Shown here one piece after another: positions 26,114 through 35,600 of a DNA stretch of 40,251 nt. Position numbers and translations under genes: made by a program. Position 1 is the stretch's first letter. Every line of letters begins with the position of its first letter. Under the pieces are notes generated by a model. It searched no databases and was not told where the DNA came from. It worked only from the letters and a program-made list of their open reading frames with translations. The DNA lies in assembly GCA_964454415.1 (NCBI GenBank), contig CAYVYD010000001.1, forward strand, positions 1 to 40,251, written 5' to 3'. The stretch comes from an uncultured Hyphomicrobiaceae bacterium (GTDB taxonomy: Bacteria > Pseudomonadota > Alphaproteobacteria > Rhizobiales > Methyloligellaceae).

Positions 26114-28375
26114 ATGAATCAAGTTCGACAGCGCCAAACAAATCGGGTTTTCGACGCACTCGCCCTCGGCGTCATCGTCGTCACGATTCTGTTCTGCGCC
26201 ATCCAGTCCAAGGATCGTTTCTTCATCAATTGCAATGCCGAATGCGGCGAGGCCTTTCTCTCTCACCTCGCCGTGCAAAAATTCAGGTCCGACGGCTTCC
26301 GCTTCGCCCTGTTGGAAAATCTCGGCACCAGCGACAATCCCAGCCTTTATACGCACAACGTGAATCTCGGTGCGCTCTTCTTCGTCACCCTCGAGTCCCT
26401 GGGACTTACATCGGTCGACTCCAAGCAGCTTGTGGCCCTGTCGGTCTTCGCGCTCGGCCTGCTTTACCTGTATTTGAGCGTGCGCCTGGCCAGCGGCGAT
26501 CGTCTGCTTGGCTGCGTGGTTCTCGTGCTCCTATGCACCGGCTATTTCGCGGTCCTCGGCTTCGCCACCAATCCCCTGCGGGCTTGGCACTACGTCGCGC
26601 TGTTCGGCACCACCTTTCATTTGCAATCGTTCCTGCTGGCCTCGTCCCGGTCTGGCCGGGCCGGGAATCTGGCGGGCTTCGTATTCGCCGCGCTGATCGC
26701 CTTTGGCTGCGGCTATGACTTCTGGCTGATTTGCATGGCGGCCGCGGCAAGCATCGTCCTGCTGATCGACCGTCGCGGAATGGACTGGTCGGCCCGCTTC
26801 AAACTGCTCGCGCTTACCGGCTTGGTTTTTGCCGCGCCGTTCGCGGTCCGGCAGCTGCAGGTGATCGCCGGCATGGGGTTCGATTATTGGTTGCAGGATT
26901 TGCTCTATAGCCTGGCGATCAAGATCCCCAATGCGAGCCGACTCATCGATCTTCCCTCGACCGAAGAGATCGACGCCTTCTACGCCAGCCACCACGCCTT
27001 CCGCCCCCCGGCTCTCCCGTCCAACTCGATTCTGGTGATCCTGGGCACCTGGGGCGCCATGATCGAATGGATCACCATTCCCCGGTGGGGTATCACGACG
27101 GTCGCGATTTTCGTCTTCATGTCGTTCTACGCGCTGGTGCTCCGCTTCGGTACTGTCGAGCTCAACTCTCGCCCGCCGGCCCCGGTGGCGGCCTTGCTCA
27201 CGGACCTGTTGCTGCCCGTCACCGTCGGCGCCCTGATCGGGCTGGCGGTGTTCGCTCCGTTCTCCCTTCACGTCTATTTCAAGCACGAATTTCCGTTGGT
27301 CGCGGCGCTGTTGATGATCGCCGCGGGGGCGGCGCTGTACTGGCTGATCGATATCCTCTTTTTCACCGGCACAACGGCGCCGAGGCGGGCGCTCGCGCTT
27401 GCTCTCCTCGGCCTGGTCGTCGTCGACGGCGTGCTCGTGAAGCGGCGCGGCTACGAGGCGACCGAGCGGCCGAACCTTGGTTGGTGGCGGTTCGTGACGG
27501 AGCGTCCCCAGGCGCGGTTCCTGGTCTCCGCCTACTACCCCATGGGGCTGGCGGCGGTCATTGGGAGACCTGAGGATACCTTGGTCAAGCTGGATGCCGC
27601 CCAGGTTCTCAAGAACATCCCGCCTTCAGGGCCAGACGCCTCGCGGTTCGATTACTGGATCTACCAACCTTGGGATTACCTGACCAATTTCGACTCGCCG
27701 GAGCCGTCGTGCGAGTGGCGTGACTGGCTGGTCGAGATGATCCCCTTCAAGCGTCCCCCGATCTCGTTTTCGACCGACCCCCACGCCATGCAAAACCCGA
27801 TCGGACCCGGATCGATATTGACCAGCACCGCCGTCCTGCGGAATTTGCCGCAAGGCGCAAGGGTCGTGTTCGTTCCCCGCGGCGACTTCGCCGATCCGTC
27901 CAAGGCCCCGCGACCCGGCGCGCCGCCCGATCCGGCGCTGATCGAGCGGTTTGCGGTCGATGCCGTTTACAACTGCATCTACGGCCGACCTTTCGGCTGG
28001 ACGCGGACCGGAGCCCCGGTCCGCGACGCCGTCACCGTCGTCGACCTCGATGTCAGGCATCCATCGGGCGAGCGGCAGGCGCTCGGGCGGCTCTTCGCCA
28101 GGGTCGACGTTTCGATGCCCGAAGCGAGCCAACCGCTGGTTCCCCTGCCCGTTCGCGTTCCGGAGATCTCGCAGATCAGGTCGGCGTTTCCCCGCCTGCG
28201 CGTCGTTGAGACGTCGGCGGGACCCGGCTCCGGCTATGTGATCTTCGACCTTCGCCCGGCCGCTACCCGGTCCTCGGGCCGCGCCGGATCCCCCGATCGC
28301 GCCGCGCCGCGCCGCGTCTCGGCCGCGCCTTCCGGTGCCCCGCGCAAGCCTGGGAGCGCGAATGGCCGGCGGTAG
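26114..28375 (+). CDS. large polytopic membrane protein (P753), paralog of P900; candidate GT-C-type glycosyltransferase
   Basis: 753-aa ORF with an ATG start. A ~470-aa multi-helix N-terminal region is followed by a soluble C-terminal region and a low-complexity Arg/Pro/Ala tail. It shares the first-loop motif (AECGEAF...NPSLYTHNVNLG) and the C-terminal ...YVIFDL element with P900 and P520. Confidence 0.75.
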   Translation: MNQVRQRQTNRVFDALALGVIVVTILFCAIQSKDRFFINCNAECGEAFLSHLAVQKFRSDGFRFALLENLGTSDNPSLYTHNVNLGALFFVTLESLGLTSVDSKQLVALSVFALGLLYLYLSVRLASGDRLLGCVVLVLLCTGYFAVLGFATNPLRAWHYVALFGTTFHLQSFLLASSRSGRAGNLAGFVFAALIAFGCGYDFWLICMAAAASIVLLIDRRGMDWSARFKLLALTGLVFAAPFAVRQLQVIAGMGFDYWLQDLLYSLAIKIPNASRLIDLPSTEEIDAFYASHHAFRPPALPSNSILVILGTWGAMIEWITIPRWGITTVAIFVFMSFYALVLRFGTVELNSRPPAPVAALLTDLLLPVTVGALIGLAVFAPFSLHVYFKHEFPLVAALLMIAAGAALYWLIDILFFTGTTAPRRALALALLGLVVVDGVLVKRRGYEATERPNLGWWRFVTERPQARFLVSAYYPMGLAAVIGRPEDTLVKLDAAQVLKNIPPSGPDASRFDYWIYQPWDYLTNFDSPEPSCEWRDWLVEMIPFKRPPISFSTDPHAMQNPIGPGSILTSTAVLRNLPQGARVVFVPRGDFADPSKAPRPGAPPDPALIERFAVDAVYNCIYGRPFGWTRTGAPVRDAVTVVDLDVRHPSGERQALGRLFARVDVSMPEASQPLVPLPVRVPEISQIRSAFPRLRVVETSAGPGSGYVIFDLRPAATRSSGRAGSPDRAAPRRVSAAPSGAPRKPGSANGRR

Positions 28376-29957
28376 CGCGCGAGACCGCTGGGATTGTCTC
28401 CGTTCAGGCGCGCCATGGGCGATCCTGGCGGCAGTCGTCATTCTGCTGCTCTGGGCTTCAGCCAGTCCCAACGTCGCCTGGGTTCATCCCGAACTCCTCG
28501 GCACGTCGGTTTACGTCTGGAACGACCCCGGGGCCGGGCTGGCGTCGATGCTTCGCAAGGTCTTCGACTGGAAGGCCTTCGACCCCAACGTCAACCGGGT
28601 GAGGCCGCTCAATGACGCGGTGGAAGTCGTCGATGCCGTCGCCAGACCCTACCTCGTGCAAATCTTTCACGCCGTGCTCGCCCCCCTGCCGTCGACGCTT
28701 CTGCTGATCACCGCCGTTCCGATCGGCTTTTACGCCTGGAGCCGCCGCGTCCTGCGGGCCTGCTGGCCCGCGTTGCTGATCACCTTGCTGCTGATGTCCA
28801 CCGTGGCGTTCCTGTCGCTCGCGCTCGCCTATATCCGCCCCGCCAAGCGGCTCGACATGGTGCTAATGGTCGGCGTGATCTACTTCCTGGAGCGAAGCCG
28901 CGAGGCGAGCGGGAACCGCGATTTCTGGATCGGCTATGCCCTTTGCCTCGCCTCGTTCTTCGCCGACGAGCTGGGGCTCGCGAACTGGGCCTTGCTGTCG
29001 GTTCTCTATCGGCGCGAAAGCTGGAGGCGGGATACCGCCCGCGCCCTGGCGGTGTCGCTCCTGCCGCTACTGTTCCTCGGCATGTCGCAGTGGGCATTGC
29101 CCTTCATCTATCAGAATTTCAGCGTGCACGGCCCGTGGAACGCGCTCGGCGACGAACGCAAATGGGCGGTGTTCGGCTATTTGCTGGACCCGCGATTCTA
29201 CCAGGCCGCCGCGGTCGGGCTCGGGCGTTCGGTTTTGTCCTGCCTGGGCGTCGCCCGGCAGGACGTCCCGCTCGTCTGGGTCGCCGCCGCGGCCGTCCTT
29301 TTGATGCCGTTCGCCGCTTGGCTTTACCAGCGAAGCGCGCAAGCGCTCGATTGGTGCCTGAGCGGCGTTCTGGTCGCCGCCTTCAGCGCCTATGCGACGC
29401 TGCTCGACTGGTACCCCTTTCCCTTCGAGGTCAACTATTTGGGATCCTACAACTACTACTATCACAGCCCGGTCGCCGTGCTCGTCGCCTGCTGGCTGGT
29501 TTTCGGATGGCGCCTGTTCCGCGACCGGGTTCACCCTTCCCCCCCGGCGGTCGGCGCGCTGGTTGCCGGCCTTGTGCTGGCCGCTTCGCTGTCGAACGCC
29601 CTCATGTTCCCGCCGCTGAACCGCATGGTGCGGGCGATCCACTACTATCCCTACCAGGCCCCAAGGGTGGCGGCGGCACTGCAACGGGCCGGCTTTTCGG
29701 AGGACGATGCCGTGTGCTTCTCCAAAAATCCGAAAGGGGTGACGAAGGATTTTCACACTGCCCAGGACGCGGTGATCCTGGGATCCGCCCGCCCCGACGG
29801 CTTCGCGCCCATCCTGGAGATGGTCGAACGAACGCCAATCCTCACCACTTATCACCTTGCCCACATGGCCCGCTCGTTCTTTCCCTGGCGCCAATTGTCG
29901 ATCGAGTTCGGCGAGACCGGTACGCCGCCGCCCCGGTCCGGCGTCTGCCGCCAATAG
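28362..29957 (+). CDS. polytopic membrane protein (P540), hypothetical; candidate lipid-carrier-dependent glycosyltransferase
   Basis: The ATG at 28362 (MAGGSARDRW...) overlaps the P753 end by 14 nt; an alternative GTG lies at 28335. There are 10 or more hydrophobic segments and an acidic first loop (WNDPGAG...FDWKAFDPNVNRVRPLND). Confidence 0.7.
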   Translation: MAGGSARDRWDCLRSGAPWAILAAVVILLLWASASPNVAWVHPELLGTSVYVWNDPGAGLASMLRKVFDWKAFDPNVNRVRPLNDAVEVVDAVARPYLVQIFHAVLAPLPSTLLLITAVPIGFYAWSRRVLRACWPALLITLLLMSTVAFLSLALAYIRPAKRLDMVLMVGVIYFLERSREASGNRDFWIGYALCLASFFADELGLANWALLSVLYRRESWRRDTARALAVSLLPLLFLGMSQWALPFIYQNFSVHGPWNALGDERKWAVFGYLLDPRFYQAAAVGLGRSVLSCLGVARQDVPLVWVAAAAVLLMPFAAWLYQRSAQALDWCLSGVLVAAFSAYATLLDWYPFPFEVNYLGSYNYYYHSPVAVLVACWLVFGWRLFRDRVHPSPPAVGALVAGLVLAASLSNALMFPPLNRMVRAIHYYPYQAPRVAAALQRAGFSEDDAVCFSKNPKGVTKDFHTAQDAVILGSARPDGFAPILEMVERTPILTTYHLAHMARSFFPWRQLSIEFGETGTPPPRSGVCRQ

Positions 29958-29969
29958 GCCATAGCGCCC

Positions 29970-31730
29970 TCAATCCTGCATGTCGAAGTTCGACCAGGAC
30001 CGCTCCATGATGTCGCGCAGCCGGCCCGCGGGCATGTTCCAGATGTTGATGCGCCGCTGGGAGAACAGATCGGAGCGGCTGATCTCTGGAATGAGTTCAC
30101 GGAACTCCGGCGTGCGCCAGGGATCGAAATTGACGCTGATCGTCTTGCCCGTCAGTCCGCGATAGGCGGGCGAGAGCAGGGCGCGCACGCAGTCGATCGT
30201 GTTCTCCAGCAGCGCGCCTCCCTCCTTCAGCACGGCTTTGGTCTTGCGGTAGTGGCGGCGCCCCGCGCGGTCCTCCCCCGCGGCCATCGTCGGTTCGTGG
30301 ATGGGGCTCGCCACCATGCCGGGCGCGATCGCGTTCACCATGATGCCGTCCCCCGCGAGCTCGAGCGCCAGGGTCTCGGTCAAGCGGACCACACCCGCTT
30401 TCGCGGCGGCGTAGGCCGAATAGTTGGGAAAGGGCGTGAACGCGCCGCCGCCGGCGAAATTGATGATATGCGGCCGCTTGGCCTCCTTCATCAACGCGAT
30501 GCAGTGCTTGCAGGTCAGGAACGGGCCCCAGAGATCGGTCTTAAGGGTCTCGAGCCATTCCATCTCGTCCACCTGCCGGATATCGCCGACGGGCCCCATT
30601 TCGGCGGCGCAATTGATCAGCGCGTCGACGTGACCGAACGCGCCCGCGACCTGTTCGAAAAACGCCCCGACCGCATGATTGTCCGCCACGTCGCATGCCG
30701 CGTGGCGCACGCCGCCGCCCGCTGCCGCGGTCGCCTCGAGCTCGGCCTCGCGGCGCGCGCAAATAAACAGAGCGTGTCCGTCCGCGGCAAGCGCCTGCGC
30801 CAAACTGGCGCCGATGCCCGAGCTGGCGCCGGTGATCACGATGTTGAGTAGTCCCTCGGTCTGGAACGCCTCGCTGTCGGTTTGGCCGTCCCAGGCCCTG
30901 CTCAGGTTCAAGCCGATCTCGTCGATGCTATGCCGCCGTGGCGACGCCACGCTGAAAGGCTGCAGGCTGCGGCCGAGCGCGCCGCCGGAGCTCCATCCGC
31001 GCTTCACCCGCACATCCCAAAACAGCCGCGCCATGGTCGCCGCGACGCTCGCCAGGTTGCGGACCGTGACCGCCTTCGACTTGCCGGCCCTGCGCTCGTC
31101 GATCGGCAGCGCGACCTCGATATAGCTCAGGCCCAACGCAATTCCCTTCAGCAACGCTTCGGCCTGAAAGCCGAAACCGCCGGTTGTGATGGGCTCTAGG
31201 TCGAGGAACGTCTTCGGATAGATCGTCAGGCCGTTGTAGTAGTTCAGCCTATGGCCGAAGAGCAGGTTGAGCAGCAGCGTATAGGCCCGCGATAGCCCGC
31301 GCCGGAACGCCGGCCGCACCTCCGGGTTCGAGCTGTAGGAGGTGACGATGTCGGATTTTCCGAGATTGCTGAACAGCTGGACGAAGGAGCGGTAGGGCCA
31401 GGTGTTGTCGCCCGGAACGTAGGTGAAGTAGTGCTTGGTGCCGCGCTTGAGGCCCTCCACGTAGGATCGTCCCAGTCCGAGGCTCCTGTCGTGATGGATC
31501 GCCTCGACCGCCTCGAATTTGGCGGCGAGGTCGTCCGCCTCCTCGCGCGTGCCGTCCGTGCTCCCGTCGTCGACGATGATGATCTCGTAGTCGTCCACGG
31601 TGATGTCGAGCGCGCGAACGAGCCGCTCGATCGTCGGCCTGAGATTGCCCGCCTCGTTGAGCGCCGGCACCAGTACGGTGAGCGAGGGATTGAGCAGGAT
31701 CGGCGTCCTGTCGGTCGACGGTTCTGGCAT
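29970..31730 (-). CDS. fusion protein: GT2 polyprenyl-phosphate glycosyltransferase-like domain (N-terminal) plus classical short-chain dehydrogenase/reductase (C-terminal)
   Basis: aa 15-245 read LTVLVPALNEAGNL...IIIVDDGSTDGT...PIDERRAGKSK, a DPM1/ArnC/GtrB-like pattern. aa 295-535 read VITGASSGIG...NCAA...YAAAK...NAIAPG, a classical SDR pattern. No TM helices are evident. Confidence 0.85.
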   Translation of the reverse strand: MPEPSTDRTPILLNPSLTVLVPALNEAGNLRPTIERLVRALDITVDDYEIIIVDDGSTDGTREEADDLAAKFEAVEAIHHDRSLGLGRSYVEGLKRGTKHYFTYVPGDNTWPYRSFVQLFSNLGKSDIVTSYSSNPEVRPAFRRGLSRAYTLLLNLLFGHRLNYYNGLTIYPKTFLDLEPITTGGFGFQAEALLKGIALGLSYIEVALPIDERRAGKSKAVTVRNLASVAATMARLFWDVRVKRGWSSGGALGRSLQPFSVASPRRHSIDEIGLNLSRAWDGQTDSEAFQTEGLLNIVITGASSGIGASLAQALAADGHALFICARREAELEATAAAGGGVRHAACDVADNHAVGAFFEQVAGAFGHVDALINCAAEMGPVGDIRQVDEMEWLETLKTDLWGPFLTCKHCIALMKEAKRPHIINFAGGGAFTPFPNYSAYAAAKAGVVRLTETLALELAGDGIMVNAIAPGMVASPIHEPTMAAGEDRAGRRHYRKTKAVLKEGGALLENTIDCVRALLSPAYRGLTGKTISVNFDPWRTPEFRELIPEISRSDLFSQRRINIWNMPAGRLRDIMERSWSNFDMQD

Positions 31731-31748
31731 GGCAGCACGCCCCCCTGG

Positions 31749-32654
31749 TCAGTGGGCCGGTTTTCTGGCGACGATACCGATGTTGCCGATCGGCAGGGTC
31801 AATCCAACCTTGCCGATGCCGGCCGACCGCGAGGCCCGCGAGGCCCAATGGCGCAGGCCTGTTGGCGCCAGCGGAAATCGCTCGATAAGGAACGCCAACG
31901 AGTAGCAGTTTCTCGTCGGCGCCGTCATCACCGTTTCGAAGCCGCAGCGCTCGACCAGACGGGCAAGCGTGGCCCGCGAAAAAAAGAAGGTATGAAAAAA
32001 ATTGTAGACCGGATAGCGCGCGCCCATCAGCCGGACGAGCGGCGTTTCGACGTCGTGCACGACGGCAAGGACCAGACCGCCGGGGCGGAGTTGCCGCCAT
32101 GCCCGCTCCAGGGTCTCGACGGGGCGGATCAAATGGTCGAGCACGTGGATGAAGGCGATCAGATCGAAGTGGTTATCGGGAAGGTCGCAATCCCCGTGGA
32201 AGGCCGAATGAATGCGGGCGTCGGGCAGTCGTTTGCGGGCCTCCTCGCGCGCCGCGGCCACCGGCTCGATGCCGGTGAGCTCGCGAAAACCCTCTTCCCG
32301 CGCCACCTCCAACAGCAGCCCGACGTCGCAGCCGACGTCGAGAACGCGGTCCTTGCGCTCCAGAAAGCGCCGCGCCATCCGGTAATAACCCGCCATGGTC
32401 GTCCTGACATTGCTTATTTCATCCGGATCCGCATTGGCTTCCGAGTAGCCGGTATAGAGGGCGCCGACCGCCGCTTCGTCGAAGATCGGCGCGGAGAAGA
32501 CCACGCCGCAACCGCGGCACCGGTTGATCTGGTAATGGCCGCTATAGGGGTCGAATCCGGCCGGAAGCGTCTCGCCGCGTTTCAGGGTCCCTGCATAGAG
32601 CAGGACCGCATCCGTCGAGCCGCAGAGGGTGCAGGCCGGCGCCGTCACCACCAT
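31749..32654 (-). CDS. class I SAM-dependent methyltransferase with an N-terminal Cys4 zinc-ribbon
   Basis: CTLCGS...CRGCG lies upstream of motif I VLDVGCDVGLLL. The ATG at 32654 shares one nt with the upstream TGA (TGATG). Confidence 0.8.
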   Translation of the reverse strand: MVVTAPACTLCGSTDAVLLYAGTLKRGETLPAGFDPYSGHYQINRCRGCGVVFSAPIFDEAAVGALYTGYSEANADPDEISNVRTTMAGYYRMARRFLERKDRVLDVGCDVGLLLEVAREEGFRELTGIEPVAAAREEARKRLPDARIHSAFHGDCDLPDNHFDLIAFIHVLDHLIRPVETLERAWRQLRPGGLVLAVVHDVETPLVRLMGARYPVYNFFHTFFFSRATLARLVERCGFETVMTAPTRNCYSLAFLIERFPLAPTGLRHWASRASRSAGIGKVGLTLPIGNIGIVARKPAH

Positions 32655-35600
32655 CAAGCTTCTCCCTCGCGCGCCCGGCGCCGCAGGATCCAGCCCCCCA
32701 AGACGAACAGAAGGACCGCCAAAAGCTCGATCAGACGGGCCCGAGGCGCGGCCGAGAACGGCTCGAACCGCATCTGGAGGTGGCGCGTGCCCGCCGGCAG
32801 ACGCACGCCGCGCATCACCGCGTTTGTAGCAAAGACCGGGATTTCGCTTCCATCCGCGTAGGCCCGCCAGGAGGGATGGTAGAGCCCGTTGACGACGAGG
32901 AACCGCTGCCGGGAAGAGGGATCGACGTCGATGTCGATGACGTCGCCGCGATAGCGCGCCTTGAGCTTGCCGCCCGCATCGAAGCCATCGCTTTGTCCGC
33001 TAATCCCCTCGACCAGCGGATTGGTCAGCACGCTGTCGCGATGGCCGGCGAAGACCACTCCCCGCGCTTTCCCATCAAAAGCGTTCCATTCATCGCCCGA
33101 CAGCGAGAAACGTTTGATTTGCGAATGGGCCGAGCACCCGTGTTCGTTGCAGGCGCGCGCGCGCAAAAGCACCGATCCCGTCTGCGCCTGGAATGTCAGC
33201 ATCGCACTGCCCTGCCCGCGGCCGAATCGCGCCACTTCGGCGAAACGCTCCATCGAAGAAACGCGTCCCTCGATGATGAGTTCGACATCGTCATACGGCC
33301 GTATGGTCAATTGGTAGCCGCTCGCTCCATTTCGGGCCACCGATGAGCCGGCCAAGTGCGGCGGTGTAATACCCGGAATGGCCACCTCCACATGGATAGG
33401 CGCTCCCATCGGGGCGCACGTCGTCTTGTTGCACGCCAGCAGCCTGTACAGCCACTGGCTCGTCGGCGGCAATTCGGGATCGAGCCAGGCCATTGCCACT
33501 GGCCCGAGGATCGCGACGCGGTCGCCCTTGCCCTCCATCCATGCGTTCTGCTCGGAGCCGGCCGCCGCGGCCGCCTTTTGCCGGTAGATCTCGATCCGCT
33601 CGGTGCCCTTGGGTGCCGGTTTGCTCCAGCCGAGCAGGACGCCACCGCCATAGACCGCGGTCGCCTCCAGACCTATCGACGATCCTATTCTTGCCGTCGT
33701 GGCGGTCACCGGCGTCGCGGCGACCGGCGTGATCCGTTCGGCGAGATACAGGCGCGGAAGCGGCGCGACGGGGTTCTCGACGATGCGTGGAAACGCCTGA
33801 TCCGATCGCCCGCCCTTCCCGTTGAAGTAGAGCGCCTCGTCTAGCATGACCGCATATTTGACGTTGAGCATCGAGAGCAACGCGGCGGAGAGCTGTTCTA
33901 GCGACCCGAACGCGATCGAACGCAGTCTCACCACGCCGTCTGGCCAGCCCAGCGCTTGCAACCTCGCCGGCACGCCGGCACCATATCCCCCGAGCTGGCG
34001 CAGTCTCCAGAACTGCGAAATATGCGGCGAGTTGTTGCTCGGGAAGGCTTCGTCGTCGGCGATCAACACGCTTCGATATCGCTCGGCCTCGAGCCGCCCG
34101 CGCAGCCGCTCCACTTGAGCGTCCGCTGGTGGGCGCAGCCGATCGCGCTCGACGGTCAGATAGTTGTTCGTTTTGAAAGGAATCGGGGCCGTCCTGGTGT
34201 GACTGCCGGCCAGCTTGAAGTGGCCGTATGTAACGGCCTCTCCGATGGCGAAACCGCCCATCAGCACGACGGCGCACGCCCCGGCGCTCAGCCCCATGAC
34301 CTTGCCCCTCGCGGCGGCCAGAACGCAGGCGAGAAAAACCGCCAGCGTCAGCCCGACCTCAACCGATACGATCGGGCTGAGCCGGTAGTTTGAGATCTTG
34401 ATCGACCAGGCATCGACGCCCACCGCCTGTTCGATGAGGTTTCCGTTGATGAGCCAGGCCAGGCAAAGACCAGCCGCAAAGAGAGCCGCGCCCAGTAGCG
34501 GCCCCATCCCCCGCCCGCTCTCCCGTGGCGACATCGGGCGTTGGTAATTTTCGCAATAAACAGCGAACAGGCTTGCCAGCGACAGCGTCGCCAGCAGCGA
34601 CAGCCGCGAATGGGTGAAGTCCACCTTGGCGAAGGCCAGGTAGAGCCCATAACGGGCCTCCTCCACGAGCACGAGGATCAGGACTGTCAACAACGCCCCC
34701 AGGTGAAACGCCGTATCGCGCGGCCTGGCCGGACGGTGCGCGGAGCGGGTGCTGCCTTCTGCCGCGGTGCCCGGCAACCACCCCAACCGCTTCGCAATTG
34801 CGGCGAGCGCGGCGATGCCGACAAGGGCGGCGAAGATCGTGAGGAAGATGGCCCCGGACCGTGATATTCCGGGAAACAGGTGCCAGCCCGGCACGTAAAG
34901 GAGGTCGACCCGCGAAAACGCCATGCCGCAAATGGCCAGGAACATTAGGGCGGCGGCGAGCTCGCCCCTCGATCGTGGCGTCATGATACCCGCTATCACC
35001 ACGAAAATGGCCATACTCGAACCCAGGAGCTGCAGGCCTTCATGCAGGTTGAGCGAATTGCCCAGTTCCCTTCCCTCGCCCATCGAGCGCCCGAGAAATC
35101 CCTCATGCACCAATCGGGCGATTTCCGAATAATCAGTGTAGTGAAATGTTTGCGTTCGAAAGAGCTGCTGGAAATCGCCGGCCACCGATATCAGGCGGGG
35201 AGCGGCGAACACCAGCGCCACGAGAACGGCGGCCGCGAAAACGGTGACGGGACGCTGGAAGTCGCGCTCGCCGGCCCGCAGCGCGGCCGCCCCGCGATAG
35301 AGGCTGTAGGCTCCCAGATAGATCATCACATAGGCGGCTTCCTGAAGAAAACCGTAGAAACACAGCACCGTCAGGATCGCAGCCAAACCGGCATAGGCGA
35401 GCAGCGCCTGGCTCTGTGCCTTTCGGATCGCCAAAAGCCCCAGCGGCAGCAAGATGAGCGTCATTTGCGCGGAATCGACTTGAGCGGCCCGGTGCAAGGA
35501 GTAGACCGAGAGGCCGTAGACGACGGCGCCCGCAACCGCCGGAAGGCCGGGCCGCGCGAGGTCGCTGATGTAAAGATAGGCGGAGACGCCCGCCAGGGCG

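Noticed and set aside
23905-26115. 736-aa minus-strand ORF. Similar very long ORFs also occur: 15116..17395 (+), 18122..19906 (+), 5529..7409 (+), 5440..6903 (-), 8252..9937 (-), 740..1825 (-), 775..2022 (+), 31431..32861 (+), 35133..36254 (-).
   Set aside because: These are antisense or alternate-frame shadows of clearly recognisable genes. Their translations are Arg/Gly/Ala/Pro-rich low-complexity strings with no motifs, as expected from stop-codon depletion in GC-rich DNA.
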